The notes below the pieces were generated by a model, which made no database searches, was not told the origin of the DNA, and saw only the letters and a program-made list of their open reading frames with translations. From positions 53,277 to 117,276 of the forward strand of contig JAYGDX010000063.1 of NCBI GenBank assembly GCA_046582655.1: a stretch of 64,000 nucleotides of DNA, read 5' to 3'. Positions 41,360-50,610 of the stretch are shown here, one piece after another. This DNA is from Candidatus Poribacteria bacterium. Lineage in GTDB: Bacteria; Poribacteria; WGA-4E; UBA9662. Both the position numbers and the translations under genes were made by a program. Within the stretch, counting starts at the first letter, position 1. The number at the start of each line of letters is the position of its first letter.

Positions 41360-42094
41360 CTACTTAGGACTTATTTGTTCCTTGAGTTCAGAAATCTTTT
41401 TGCTGTATGCCTCACGGGATTTTGTCCACTCCATTTTATCGCGACTGCCGCTCTTGAGGCAATCGAGGATATATCCTTCTGCTTCGATGAACTGAGCAGC
41501 AGATCGTGCCACCTGACCTGCAATTTCATTCGGTACTGTGGTCACACCGTTCGCATCGCCGTGCAATAGATCCCCTGGATAGACTGCCACTCCTCCCACA
41601 TGCACAGGAACATTAACATCAATGACATGGCAGTAGCCATGGGCGCATATTGTACCACTGGTAAAAACGGGGAAGTCGATAGCACGAACCTGATCCAAAT
41701 CACGACCTGCCCCAGAGGTAATTAAACCCACACAACCAAAGGCCTTGTATGTCGTACACATTACTTCACCAAAAGTTGCAGCCACAGACGGACTATCCAA
41801 GTCTTGAAAAACAACAATACGTGGCTCAGGAATGTGCTCCAATTGATCAATTTGCCCTTCAAGACCCGCATACGCATCATTCCCACGTGGCGGAGAATTG
41901 GAACGAAACGTAGCCGTTGTTGCGTAGCCGACCATGGGTGGCATTTCAGGAAAGTTCGACTTGATACGTTGATCCATGTAACCGATATTACGCGAACGAA
42001 CGTCAAAGAGTTCAATAACATTACATATGGTCGGTGTATCGAATTGCTTTAGCAGTTCCAACTCTTCATTTGATACAGTTTGAATCTGATACAT
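41360..42094 (-). CDS. RraA-like / HMG aldolase family protein
   Basis: DTPTICN.IE, FGEVM, GAGRDL, PGDLLHGDANGV. Confidence 0.85.
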   Translation of the reverse strand: MYQIQTVSNEELELLKQFDTPTICNVIELFDVRSRNIGYMDQRIKSNFPEMPPMVGYATTATFRSNSPPRGNDAYAGLEGQIDQLEHIPEPRIVVFQDLDSPSVAATFGEVMCTTYKAFGCVGLITSGAGRDLDQVRAIDFPVFTSGTICAHGYCHVIDVNVPVHVGGVAVYPGDLLHGDANGVTTVPNEIAGQVARSAAQFIEAEGYILDCLKSGSRDKMEWTKSREAYSKKISELKEQISPK

Positions 42095-42275
42095 TACAAT
42101 TTCACCTGCCTATGAAATACAATCAGAATACGATTACAAAGTCAAGATTATAGCACGGCCTGATGAAAAACACATAGATAATTTGAAAGTATCGAATGCA
42201 GATTCTATCTTGATTTGGAGAGATCGGTATGCTAAACTCCCCAAGCAGGGAAATTGTAGGTTTAGGACTATCAAA

Positions 42276-42863
42276 TTGGAACGGAAAGCCGAAGTTTATC
42301 GTGAAACAGGTGAAACACAGATTTCGCTCAAACTGAATATCGATGGATCTGGTGAATCCGATGTTCAGACAGGAGTAGGATTCTTAGATCATATGCTTGA
42401 ACTGTTTGCCAAACATGGCTTTTTCGATTTGGAGCTGAAAGCAGTTGGAGATTTGCAAGTCGATGACCATCACACTGTTGAAGATGTTGGGATCTGTTTA
42501 GGTGACGCGTTTCGCCAAGCAGTTAAAGACAAATCAGGAATGCGGCGTTTCGGCAATTTTGAGATGCCAATGTATGAAGCACTTGCAGAAATTACCTTAG
42601 ATTTTTGCGATCGGCCCTTTTTGGTTTACAACACACCACTTACCAACGACAAGATTGGTACTTTTGATGTTGAACTAGTTGAGGAATTTTTCCACGGATT
42701 TGTTAACCATAGCGGTACAACACTCCATATTAATGTTGCCTATGGTTCAAATCGCCACCATATCGCCGAAGCAATCTTTAAAGGCATTGCCAAGGCTCTA
42801 GACACGGCCACCTGTATAGATGAACGCATCGTCGGCGTCCTCTCGACCAAGGGGGAATTGTAA
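42276..42863 (+). CDS. hisB: Imidazoleglycerol-phosphate dehydratase
   Basis: RETGETQI, TGVGFLDHML, DDHHTVED, N.HH..EA.FK, STKG; the start is probably TTG 42276. Confidence 0.95.
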   Translation: MERKAEVYRETGETQISLKLNIDGSGESDVQTGVGFLDHMLELFAKHGFFDLELKAVGDLQVDDHHTVEDVGICLGDAFRQAVKDKSGMRRFGNFEMPMYEALAEITLDFCDRPFLVYNTPLTNDKIGTFDVELVEEFFHGFVNHSGTTLHINVAYGSNRHHIAEAIFKGIAKALDTATCIDERIVGVLSTKGEL

Positions 42864-43452
42864 TTTTCGATATAATGCATGAAAAATTGCCGCAAGTTTT
42901 GGGATTTTCACCGTTCGCTGGTATTAATCAAAACATCGAAATAGATGGTATGGAAATGATGGTTGATCCTCCAGGAATACCAGCGAATTGATCGAATCGA
43001 CCACCCATTGGATTTACTACCAAAATTGGCAACCCTAGAATTTTTCAGATGTCCAGAATATTGAAGTCGTCTTCTCAGCAACCAAATTACCAAGACGAAC
43101 AAGCGATATCGACCAAAGCCGGCAAATAGTATCCATGATAGGGACAATGTAAACATTAGGACCTAAATCGGCAACCCACCTTTGAATCTGCTAACATCAC
43201 CGCTCGAGTTGATTTCCCTAACCACATCGTCGAGACTAATGAAACCCATGACATTGCGTCTAAAGTTTTTGTTTTTTTAACTTGTTTCGAATAACATCTA
43301 ACAAAGGATCAAACGGTGCGATTTCAAACCAGTCGGGCGATTTAAAGTAGCAGTTACTTCAGGCATAATGCAACATGAAACGGTGTTTGGGGGGTTGTCG
43401 AAATCATAATCCTTTTTCTTCCACAACCGTATTTACTTACTTCCTACCCCGT

Positions 43453-43488
43453 AGTGTTGACAAGATCGAAAGTGTTGACAAGATCGAA
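43453..43488. repeat. Perfect 18-bp tandem duplication agtgttgacaagatcgaa
   Basis: Copies at 43453-43470 and 43471-43488. Confidence 0.9.
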
Positions 43489-43652
43489 ATCAAAATTTAT
43501 TCTGTCTTCGAAAAATTTATCTATGAATTTCCTGAACTACCAACTAACATGGAATATAATGAAGTCAAATGGTAAGGAATCAATCAGAGGCAAATGGGAC
43601 TTAACTTTTACAAATTTGTCATCACGAGCCAAGACAATCAGAAAATCACAAA

Positions 43653-43698
43653 GATTGTGAAATTAGTAGTTCTACGATTGTGAAGTTAGTAGTTCTAC
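43653..43698. repeat. 23-bp tandem duplication gattgtgaa(a/g)ttagtagttctac
   Basis: Copies at 43653-43675 and 43676-43698 with one mismatch. Confidence 0.9.
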
Positions 43699-43770
43699 GT
43701 GGCAAATGAGAGGGCTTTCGTGGTAAAATTGCCTATTGTCTAATGGTACTTGACGACTGGGCCGCTTAAA

Positions 43771-44496
43771 ATGCTGAATTGCAAAAAAACCGTAATATTA
43801 TTTCTACTATGTTTGCCAATAATACTGTTTAGCTGTGGAGATGAGGGTAGTAACGCCTTGGATTCAATTACCAAAGAGGGTCCAAGCCTGCCTAGACTTG
43901 GATTGCATGGCAGCGAATACCGAAACCAAAGGTACCTGTTTAAATTCCTTAATCTGCCAGTCAATGATTGGACTGTTAAAGAAATTAGCAACAAGAATAC
44001 AATCGACGCTTTTCTTGATTGGGAGGAGATTTTTGGTTTTAAGGTTGAAGTAAACGAGATGGACTCGCTTCTCCTAATGGAACCGGTAGTCGAGTCAGAT
44101 TTTGTTTACCAACTCGTTGATGTGTTAGAAAATAAAATTCCGCATATTCTGATCTGGGTTGAAAAACAGACTGTAAGTGATATTAGCGCGCCAAAAGAAT
44201 ATGTCGAAGGTCTTCTTGAAACGATAGAATTTCTTAATGAGGCTGGAGCTCTTAAGCAAAACTTGGAGGTTACTGATCACGGGAAAATCCTTTCTGCCGA
44301 CCGAGTCAGTGGATATTACTACGACATGGTTGCTGACGATGGCAGGCGCAGTAAAGATTCTCTTTTCATGCGCTCAACTAGTAATACTTTTTACATTTAT
44401 CATTATGATCTATGGGTTCCCGATCAAGCAAGTTACGAGCAGTATCTACAGACCTACAACCGAATGCTTTCAACTTTAGCATTCAACACTCAATAA
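43771..44496 (+). CDS. Hypothetical lipoprotein
   Basis: Signal peptide ending in lipobox LFSC. Confidence 0.7.
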   Translation: MLNCKKTVILFLLCLPIILFSCGDEGSNALDSITKEGPSLPRLGLHGSEYRNQRYLFKFLNLPVNDWTVKEISNKNTIDAFLDWEEIFGFKVEVNEMDSLLLMEPVVESDFVYQLVDVLENKIPHILIWVEKQTVSDISAPKEYVEGLLETIEFLNEAGALKQNLEVTDHGKILSADRVSGYYYDMVADDGRRSKDSLFMRSTSNTFYIYHYDLWVPDQASYEQYLQTYNRMLSTLAFNTQ

Positions 44497-44515
44497 ATTG
44501 AATGGATACTTTTCT

Positions 44516-45559
44516 ATGAAATGGTACGATCCATGGAAGATTATTATCGGAGTCATAGGGTTACTCATCATCTTTACAATTGGTTGTGCCCAATTAAATG
44601 AAGTGCACAAAAGAAAGACCGCAGAAGCTAGAAATAGGCTGAAAAAACGATATGTCACACTTGCCAGATCTAACTCAGATATTCAAGCTTCTGCCAGCAG
44701 CTTGACGCTTGAAAGTAAGCATTATACCTTGACTTTCAGCAAAGATATTCAAAAGCTCAAAAATTATGATAGTGCGGATGAACGCCTCGGGCTCGGGCAC
44801 GGATCGCTTGTGTATATGGAGAGTCTTTACGATTTTGTTCACGATATCTTTGGCTTTGAACCCAGTAATCAAGATGTATACGGTTTCGAACCCAATCAAA
44901 AAATAAAAATAGTCTTGCATGACCTGTACAATGGTTCCAAGCATCGAGCAGTAACACACACTCAATTACAGAACGAGTATCGAAATGGCGAATTTATCAA
45001 AAAGATTACCGGAATTCAAATGGATTTTCCGGTTGAAATGTACAACCAGAGACCCGTCAAAGCCCATGAGTTAGCCCATGCTTTTACCAACATCTATTTG
45101 CTTCCAATGTGGTTTGCTGAAGGAATTGCCGTTTTGGTTGAAGTTGAATATGCAAAGGGAAACGAACACGGAAAAGTTGACCTTCACGATGACTTAAAGC
45201 TTGATCTTGATGGCGTCAATGCCGTACAAAATTGGCGAGGACATGCCACATTTGGACCTTTAACCCATTGGTGTTACAATTATTCATATTCCATCGTTTC
45301 AGAGTTGCAACAACGGTATGGCAGTCAATTCTATCCAAGGCTTTTTCGTTTAATTGAGGGAGACCGCTTACATCAAAAACTGCCGGGACCAATGAACAAC
45401 AGCTTTCTCATCTACTACTTAAGTCAATCAGCAGAAGAAGATTTAATTCCATTCTTCCAAGATTTGAAGTTCAAAGTTAGTAAGTTGTCAAAAAACGGCA
45501 TTTTAACAATGATCCAACAAATGAATCCAATAATCACACAGCAAGGAGGTAAATCATGA
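44516..45559 (+). CDS. Lipoprotein zinc metallopeptidase (gluzincin/MA clan-like)
   Basis: Lipobox TIGC; HELAH...P.WFAEG.A. Confidence 0.75.
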   Translation: MKWYDPWKIIIGVIGLLIIFTIGCAQLNEVHKRKTAEARNRLKKRYVTLARSNSDIQASASSLTLESKHYTLTFSKDIQKLKNYDSADERLGLGHGSLVYMESLYDFVHDIFGFEPSNQDVYGFEPNQKIKIVLHDLYNGSKHRAVTHTQLQNEYRNGEFIKKITGIQMDFPVEMYNQRPVKAHELAHAFTNIYLLPMWFAEGIAVLVEVEYAKGNEHGKVDLHDDLKLDLDGVNAVQNWRGHATFGPLTHWCYNYSYSIVSELQQRYGSQFYPRLFRLIEGDRLHQKLPGPMNNSFLIYYLSQSAEEDLIPFFQDLKFKVSKLSKNGILTMIQQMNPIITQQGGKS

Positions 45560-46227
45560 AGTTGCAAGGAATAATCCAATTAACTGCTGTAGCATCCATG
45601 GTGTTGATATTGGCTAGTTGCACAGCGTTACAGAATTTTTCTGCCGGGCAAGAATGGAGTTCGAATTATGCTCTAATGGAGGGTACTCAGGCAAACGACC
45701 CCGCCATAATTGACGGTGACCTAAAAACTGTGGGGCAAACACAATATGTTGAAAGTTCAATGTCTGGCGAAGATAGCTATATTAGGACTATGTCCACCTA
45801 TGCGGCTCCATCTGAGGCTGTCGTTATCCTTCCAGAACCCAAATCCATTCATCGTGTTATAATCCATTCCGCATCTGATAGTCTCATACAAATGCTTGAT
45901 ATATGGGTGACAGACTCAAACGGAAAATGGGAAAAGATCAAGGAAGTCAAGAGCAATAAAGAGAATAAAATTGATATACGCCTGACCAGAGCTGTTCATA
46001 CGGCAGGCATTAGAGCCCGTATCCGTCGCACTGCCGATGATGCAGCTCTGAGACGGAAAAATGTGCGGAGAGGTTTTGGCTATCGACAAATAGGCGGGAA
46101 AACAAAAGCTCTGGCCAAGATTGCGGAATTCGAACTTTACGGTTTTGTCACAGAAGGAGATAAGGATTCTGCAACATCTGAAGTTGAAGACGACGAAGCG
46201 GAACTAGACCAACTCCTCTCACAATAG
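45556..46227 (+). CDS. Lipoprotein with discoidin/F5-8 type C-like domain
   Basis: Lipobox LASC; IDGD..T, I.L.EP..I..V.I, I.E.ELYG pattern; acidic tail. Confidence 0.7.
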   Translation: MKLQGIIQLTAVASMVLILASCTALQNFSAGQEWSSNYALMEGTQANDPAIIDGDLKTVGQTQYVESSMSGEDSYIRTMSTYAAPSEAVVILPEPKSIHRVIIHSASDSLIQMLDIWVTDSNGKWEKIKEVKSNKENKIDIRLTRAVHTAGIRARIRRTADDAALRRKNVRRGFGYRQIGGKTKALAKIAEFELYGFVTEGDKDSATSEVEDDEAELDQLLSQ

Positions 46228-46284
46228 GCCACATCACATCCCGTAAAAGAATTTTCGGTTAACAATGAACCTAATGTGACATTT

Positions 46285-46512
46285 GGCGGTGTTTTAGGTA
46301 AGAGAGGCAAGCAAACCTTTCAGTCTCGGTTCAAACAAACGAATGATTTGACAGCTTCGACCCCTTCTTGATCTATACTGCCGCGAATTCCAGATCTCTA
46401 AATCCGGGAGCGGCTTAAGAGACTTAAATTCCCGTTAAGAATTTTCCTTATATTAAGAGGGGTTTACTCGCTGAGCTATCCTTATCTTTAGGATTTCCTT
46501 ATCTACTCCGCT
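46285..46512. ncRNA. Candidate structured ncRNA (6S RNA possible)
   Basis: Nested long-range helices close the 228-nt element; no ORF of 60 aa or more lies in this intergenic region. Confidence 0.4.
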
Positions 46513-46558
46513 TTTATAATACCATTATTTTACAAATTACTGTCTTTAAAGAATTGAG

Positions 46559-47341
46559 ATGCAAGAACTTAAAGTCGCATTACAAGCAGCAAAATCCGCG
46601 GGTGAAATCATAATGAAATACTATCGCAGTAACTACGAGGTCAAAGATAAAAGCCCAAATAATCCTGTGACGACCGCAGACCTCGAAGCCAACAAAAAAA
46701 TCCAAGACATTATCATGGAAAATTTCCCTGATGATGGTTGGCTCTCGGAAGAAACAAAGGACTCATCAGAGAGATTAACAAAGCCACGTGTCTGGATTAT
46801 TGATCCGATTGATGGAACGCAAGAATTTATTGAAGGACTATCGCAATTTGCAGTTTCTATCGCGCTAGTTGAAAACAGCAGACCGATCGTTGGCGTTTTG
46901 CACAACCCTGCCACGAATGAAGTCTTCAATGCTGTGTCTAATGGTGGTGCGTTCTGTAACGGAGTCCCTATCGAGTGCATTGACTGCGATGATTTAAAAC
47001 AGGCGTCCGCACTGGTAAGTCGAACTGAAAAACGGAAGGGAATGCTCGAAGGTTTTGCTCCAATTCTTGGAGACCTACATTACGTTGGTAGTGTAGCTTA
47101 TAAGCTGGGAAGGCTAGCTACGGGAACATCGAACTTCTACTTTACAGTGCAGCCAAAAAACGAATGGGATATATGCGCAGGGGACATAATTGTTAGGGAA
47201 GCTGGCGGAATCGTATTGGATAAAAATTTCCAAACTATTAATTACAATCAAAGAAACCCAAAAAAGCCAGCAGGCATATTCGCGGGAAAACCAAAACTCC
47301 TCCGCAAACTAATCGAGCACTATAACAAATTGCAAAACTAG
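46559..47341 (+). CDS. cysQ: CysQ/inositol monophosphatase family phosphatase
   Basis: PVTTAD, LSEE, WIIDPIDGT, EWDICAG. Confidence 0.8.
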   Translation: MQELKVALQAAKSAGEIIMKYYRSNYEVKDKSPNNPVTTADLEANKKIQDIIMENFPDDGWLSEETKDSSERLTKPRVWIIDPIDGTQEFIEGLSQFAVSIALVENSRPIVGVLHNPATNEVFNAVSNGGAFCNGVPIECIDCDDLKQASALVSRTEKRKGMLEGFAPILGDLHYVGSVAYKLGRLATGTSNFYFTVQPKNEWDICAGDIIVREAGGIVLDKNFQTINYNQRNPKKPAGIFAGKPKLLRKLIEHYNKLQN

Positions 47342-47623
47342 CTATCCACTAGAATCCACAATAATACCACTACCCACTAGATTCCCACTTGCATCGCGAC
47401 TGACGGCCGACGGAGATCCAGCGGAAGTAGCGACGTTAAAAGAACGCCCAATTACCGAGTTTGCAGGTGCTCTGGAACGGCTAGCTAAGGCGGCACTGTC
47501 CCTTCCCATCTGAAAGGAAGGACCTATAGAAGGTTTTTGCAACGCCGAAGATATTGACACCAAAGGCTCTGTCTGAGCGATTCCCGGTATTGCTCCACCC
47601 GAAATTAGTGGCGATGCTGCCAT
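47342..47623 (-). CDS. Small S/A/G-rich hypothetical protein
   Basis: ATG 47623 preceded by GGGAGG; upstream TTGACA-N18-TATATT promoter at 47813-47784. Confidence 0.55.
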   Translation of the reverse strand: MAASPLISGGAIPGIAQTEPLVSISSALQKPSIGPSFQMGRDSAALASRSRAPANSVIGRSFNVATSAGSPSAVSRDASGNLVGSGIIVDSSG

Positions 47624-47882
47624 TGCGGTTACTTCCCTCCCAATTCCAATAAGGTCTTGAACAAAACGCCAGTAATGTAACACATATAATTGTAAAAATC
47701 AACCAAAAATCAAAATATTCCTATTCCATTTGGGCCTGCACAAGCCCGACTAGAATAATATTGATCGACCCTATAATAAGGTTAATATACTATAGTTTCG
47801 CATATTTTGTCAAATAAATTATTGCAATCCTCGATACACCTAAACCTAAGCTAAACCACAATGAAAAATATTATAAAAAAAC

Positions 47883-47911
47883 TTGCAAATTGTTTCGATT
47901 TCTCTTAGAAT
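47883..47911 (+). promoter_or_regulatory. Sigma70-type promoter of the selenoprotein gene
   Basis: TTGCAA-N17-TAGAAT. Confidence 0.6.
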
Positions 47912-47945
47912 TGAGGTAATGAGTTTCTAAAGTCAGGAGAGCGCA

Positions 47946-48170
47946 ATGAACCTAATTATTGAATATTGTACCGCTTGAAACTACCTGCCACGGGCCGCCA
48001 GTTTGGCGGACGACTTGCTCAGCAAATACAAAACGGCAATAAAAGGGCTAACACTTGTTCCGGGAAGTGGAGGGTGTTTTGAAGTATCCTTAAACAGCGA
48101 ATTAATTTTCTCAAAGAGTGAAGTAGGGCAATTTCCAACCAAAGAACAAATCTTCGAAAAACTTCCATAG
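47946..48170 (+). CDS. SelW/SelT/SelH (Rdx family) selenoprotein, 74 aa, in-frame TGA read as Sec
   Basis: AGGAGA SD; MNLIIEYCTA-U-NYLPRAASLA...VPGSGGCFEVSLNSELIFSK...GQFP; TGA at 47976-47978. Confidence 0.9.
47995..48009 (+). promoter_or_regulatory. Candidate bacterial SECIS apical hairpin
   Basis: CCGCCA-GTT-TGGCGG, starting 16 nt after the UGA, with a G-initiated loop. Confidence 0.6.
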
Positions 48171-48221
48171 CAAACAAATATCCTGTTCCTTCTGAACATT
48201 TGTTTCTGTTAATAAGTAAAC

Positions 48222-49025
48222 TCAGCTAACTGCTACCAAGGATATTTTTAGTTGGTCTGCGGTCTGAGAGAGGTGGTCGCCGTTTAGTAAGAAAGCCCTA
48301 CCTGCTTCAAATGCTAATACGCTTCCTTCAGCTTGATGAAGCAACTTCAGTGTTTGCTCCCCGACTGTCGGGACATCAATCCGGAAATCGTGGTCAGGCG
48401 CAGCTGCTTTGGCAACCACAATTCCTTTTCCACCTAATGCTCCACCGCGCTCGATTGTAGAGTCTGTTCCTTCAATGGCCTCAATTGCAATTGGAATCAT
48501 ATTTTTAACCACCACAGTCTGGCCAATATCCACACCCGCAACCTGGCGAGCCAATTCGATACCATACTTAATATCTTGCCATTGAGATCCTGTGGGCTTT
48601 CGCTTAGTCAAAACTCCCGCGGCAGGCAACAAATTCTTAAGGTAACGTGTTTGATCAATTATCTTTACTCCTTTTCTCTCAAAGTAGTTAATTGCTGCCT
48701 TCATAATCGCTCGATCCCCTTTGTTAGGAAGTTGCGATAAAATTCTAATGGCCGCAGTGTCTAGTTGAAGCGGATTGAGTAGAATGCTTTTCTCGATTTT
48801 TCCAATGATTGAAACTTCATCAACACCAGAATCAAGGAATAGCTTGATAATTTTTCGGATTTGCCCAATGCCGATTGAATGGATCTGGTTAGCAATTTGC
48901 CCCAATTTAGGGGACAGATCTCGCGTAACTTGGACAACGATTGGCAACATCCCGTGATTGACTGCGGATTCCGCAAGCAGAAATGGCAAATCCCCAGAAC
49001 CAGATATAATACCCAGTTTTTTCAT
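48222..49025 (-). CDS. lpxI: UDP-2,3-diacylglucosamine diphosphatase LpxI
   Basis: LGIISGSGDLP, DIGQTVVV, AIEAIEGTD, DFRIDVPTVG. Confidence 0.9.
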   Translation of the reverse strand: MKKLGIISGSGDLPFLLAESAVNHGMLPIVVQVTRDLSPKLGQIANQIHSIGIGQIRKIIKLFLDSGVDEVSIIGKIEKSILLNPLQLDTAAIRILSQLPNKGDRAIMKAAINYFERKGVKIIDQTRYLKNLLPAAGVLTKRKPTGSQWQDIKYGIELARQVAGVDIGQTVVVKNMIPIAIEAIEGTDSTIERGGALGGKGIVVAKAAAPDHDFRIDVPTVGEQTLKLLHQAEGSVLAFEAGRAFLLNGDHLSQTADQLKISLVAVS

Positions 49026-49035
49026 TTTTCATATC

Positions 49036-49743
49036 TCACCAATTATGAATAATATAGACAGGATCAGAATCCTCAGCCAACTCAATAATAACTTGATCAA
49101 CTTCTGACATGAATACGTTTCGTAGTGCCTTTGGCTGATCAGGATCAATCCATAGGTTAGACACATCCCATCGCAAACCAATACTACTTTTCACGTTGAC
49201 GTTTCCATGTTCAGCAATTAAGGAAATATACTGTAATTTCTCATTTTTACGATCAATCTCAATCCGAGATGTAACGAAATAAATCGCCTGAAAAACATCT
49301 CGCATCTCTGCCTGGAAGTTCGATGGAACTAGTGACATACAAAAGCCAAAACGCATCAACTTGAGATTACCAAGGAAATGGTCAGCATCAGAAGAGGTCG
49401 GAAAACTCCCGTAAATAACAATATAATTACATCCCAACACACTGAGTGCATGCACGACTGCAAGTTGACCATCCGTATAATCTTTATCAGTTTTCCCAAT
49501 CCATTTATCAATAATGTTCACGCCAGATTGTTTCAGTTCATCGATCGTTGTGAAATTTGGTATTGAATCGAGGTCCCCAATTAGGACAGTCGGGACAAGA
49601 TCACACATTTGGAATATACGAATACCACCATCCGCACAAATTAGTGGGACGTCGTGTTCAAGTGCAGATTCAATTTCGTCCCGATAAAATCGTATCTGAT
49701 CGAAGTTGTAGTAGCCGTTAAGAAAAATAGATGCGACTTTCAT
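49036..49743 (-). CDS. thiN: Thiamine diphosphokinase
   Basis: ICADGG, IGDLDSI, DKDYTD, DHFLGN, GLRW. Confidence 0.8.
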   Translation of the reverse strand: MKVASIFLNGYYNFDQIRFYRDEIESALEHDVPLICADGGIRIFQMCDLVPTVLIGDLDSIPNFTTIDELKQSGVNIIDKWIGKTDKDYTDGQLAVVHALSVLGCNYIVIYGSFPTSSDADHFLGNLKLMRFGFCMSLVPSNFQAEMRDVFQAIYFVTSRIEIDRKNEKLQYISLIAEHGNVNVKSSIGLRWDVSNLWIDPDQPKALRNVFMSEVDQVIIELAEDSDPVYIIHNW

Positions 49744-50564
49744 TTCTCATATCTGACGTTATAAACTGGAATCGTTTGGCTTGGGCGATATGACAACTTC
49801 ACTTTCCGCAGATTATCGAGATTTGAGTCTCCCATCGTGTTAAGCCAACGTTCTGACCGACCACGACAAAATTCCCGAAAAATAAATTGTGGGAACCCCT
49901 TAACTGAGAGATCAACCACTTCAAACAAAATGCAAAATACTTGATGATTCAACTGATATCCACAAGTATACGCTCTAAGTTCCCCGTTAACGTAACCCAA
50001 CAAACCAACCAATCCAAGTTGCTTAAAATGGATTAAACTAGATTTATAAGCGACCAAAGAATCTGCCAGCATGGCATGGTATATGGCATTGTCATATTTT
50101 GTCTGACGTTCCAATTGCCATCTATGATACAATTCCAGGCATTGATCACGCATTGCTGGTCGATACGCATCAATCCGGAGATTCTGCCCACTTCGGATAA
50201 GACTATTTATCGACGACCTCTTACTTTTATAAGAATTTCCGTGGAGGTGAGTGAGTTGATTTGTGCTGTAAAGGTATTCTGTCTCTCTTAAAAAGGGCTG
50301 AAACCCCAAGAGATGAAAAAGGGGAAGCTTTTCATCAGGCACAGTTTCAATCCGAACAATCTGATCATTTTGGCTATTAGCGATCATCAAATCCCAAGCA
50401 TACCGGATCGTATTCTGGTTGAACCGCCTACCCATCGGCATAATCGGCATAAAAAAGCTATCTATTTGTCTGACAAAAAGGCAAAATTGATCGTTAATAA
50501 CTGTCCACTTAAAATCAAAGAGATCTTGCCAAATCCAGTTTGACACAAAAGCATAGCTCGACAA
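49740..50564 (-). CDS. DUF2156 / GNAT-like (MprF-synthase-domain-like) protein; true N-terminus lies upstream in an open frame
   Basis: EYLY....L..L.G..Y.SKR, FE....VKG..QFIFREF, N.M.D.....LRKVKLSYRP. Confidence 0.75.
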   Translation of the reverse strand: MSSYAFVSNWIWQDLFDFKWTVINDQFCLFVRQIDSFFMPIMPMGRRFNQNTIRYAWDLMIANSQNDQIVRIETVPDEKLPLFHLLGFQPFLRETEYLYSTNQLTHLHGNSYKSKRSSINSLIRSGQNLRIDAYRPAMRDQCLELYHRWQLERQTKYDNAIYHAMLADSLVAYKSSLIHFKQLGLVGLLGYVNGELRAYTCGYQLNHQVFCILFEVVDLSVKGFPQFIFREFCRGRSERWLNTMGDSNLDNLRKVKLSYRPSQTIPVYNVRYEK

Positions 50565-50610
50565 CTTTGTGTCTACTTGACACGCATAGCTGTCAAAAAT
50601 GGGTTTATCA

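Noticed and set aside
42908..43660. Short ORFs (82, 66 and 68 aa) in the hisB downstream gap
   Set aside because: No recognisable motifs or SD, and their internal peptide repeats only reflect the 18-bp DNA duplication.
43453..43698. Tandem repeats as a mini-CRISPR array
   Set aside because: Only two adjacent copies each, no spacers, and the two repeat types are unrelated.
46285..46512. tmRNA, RNase P RNA or cobalamin riboswitch as the identity of the structured element
   Set aside because: It lacks the tRNA-like ends of tmRNA, the GAGGAAAGTCC...CGGCTTA P4 signature of RNase P RNA and a B12 box.
47981..48199. 72-aa minus-strand ORF
   Set aside because: Shadow of the + strand selenoprotein gene.
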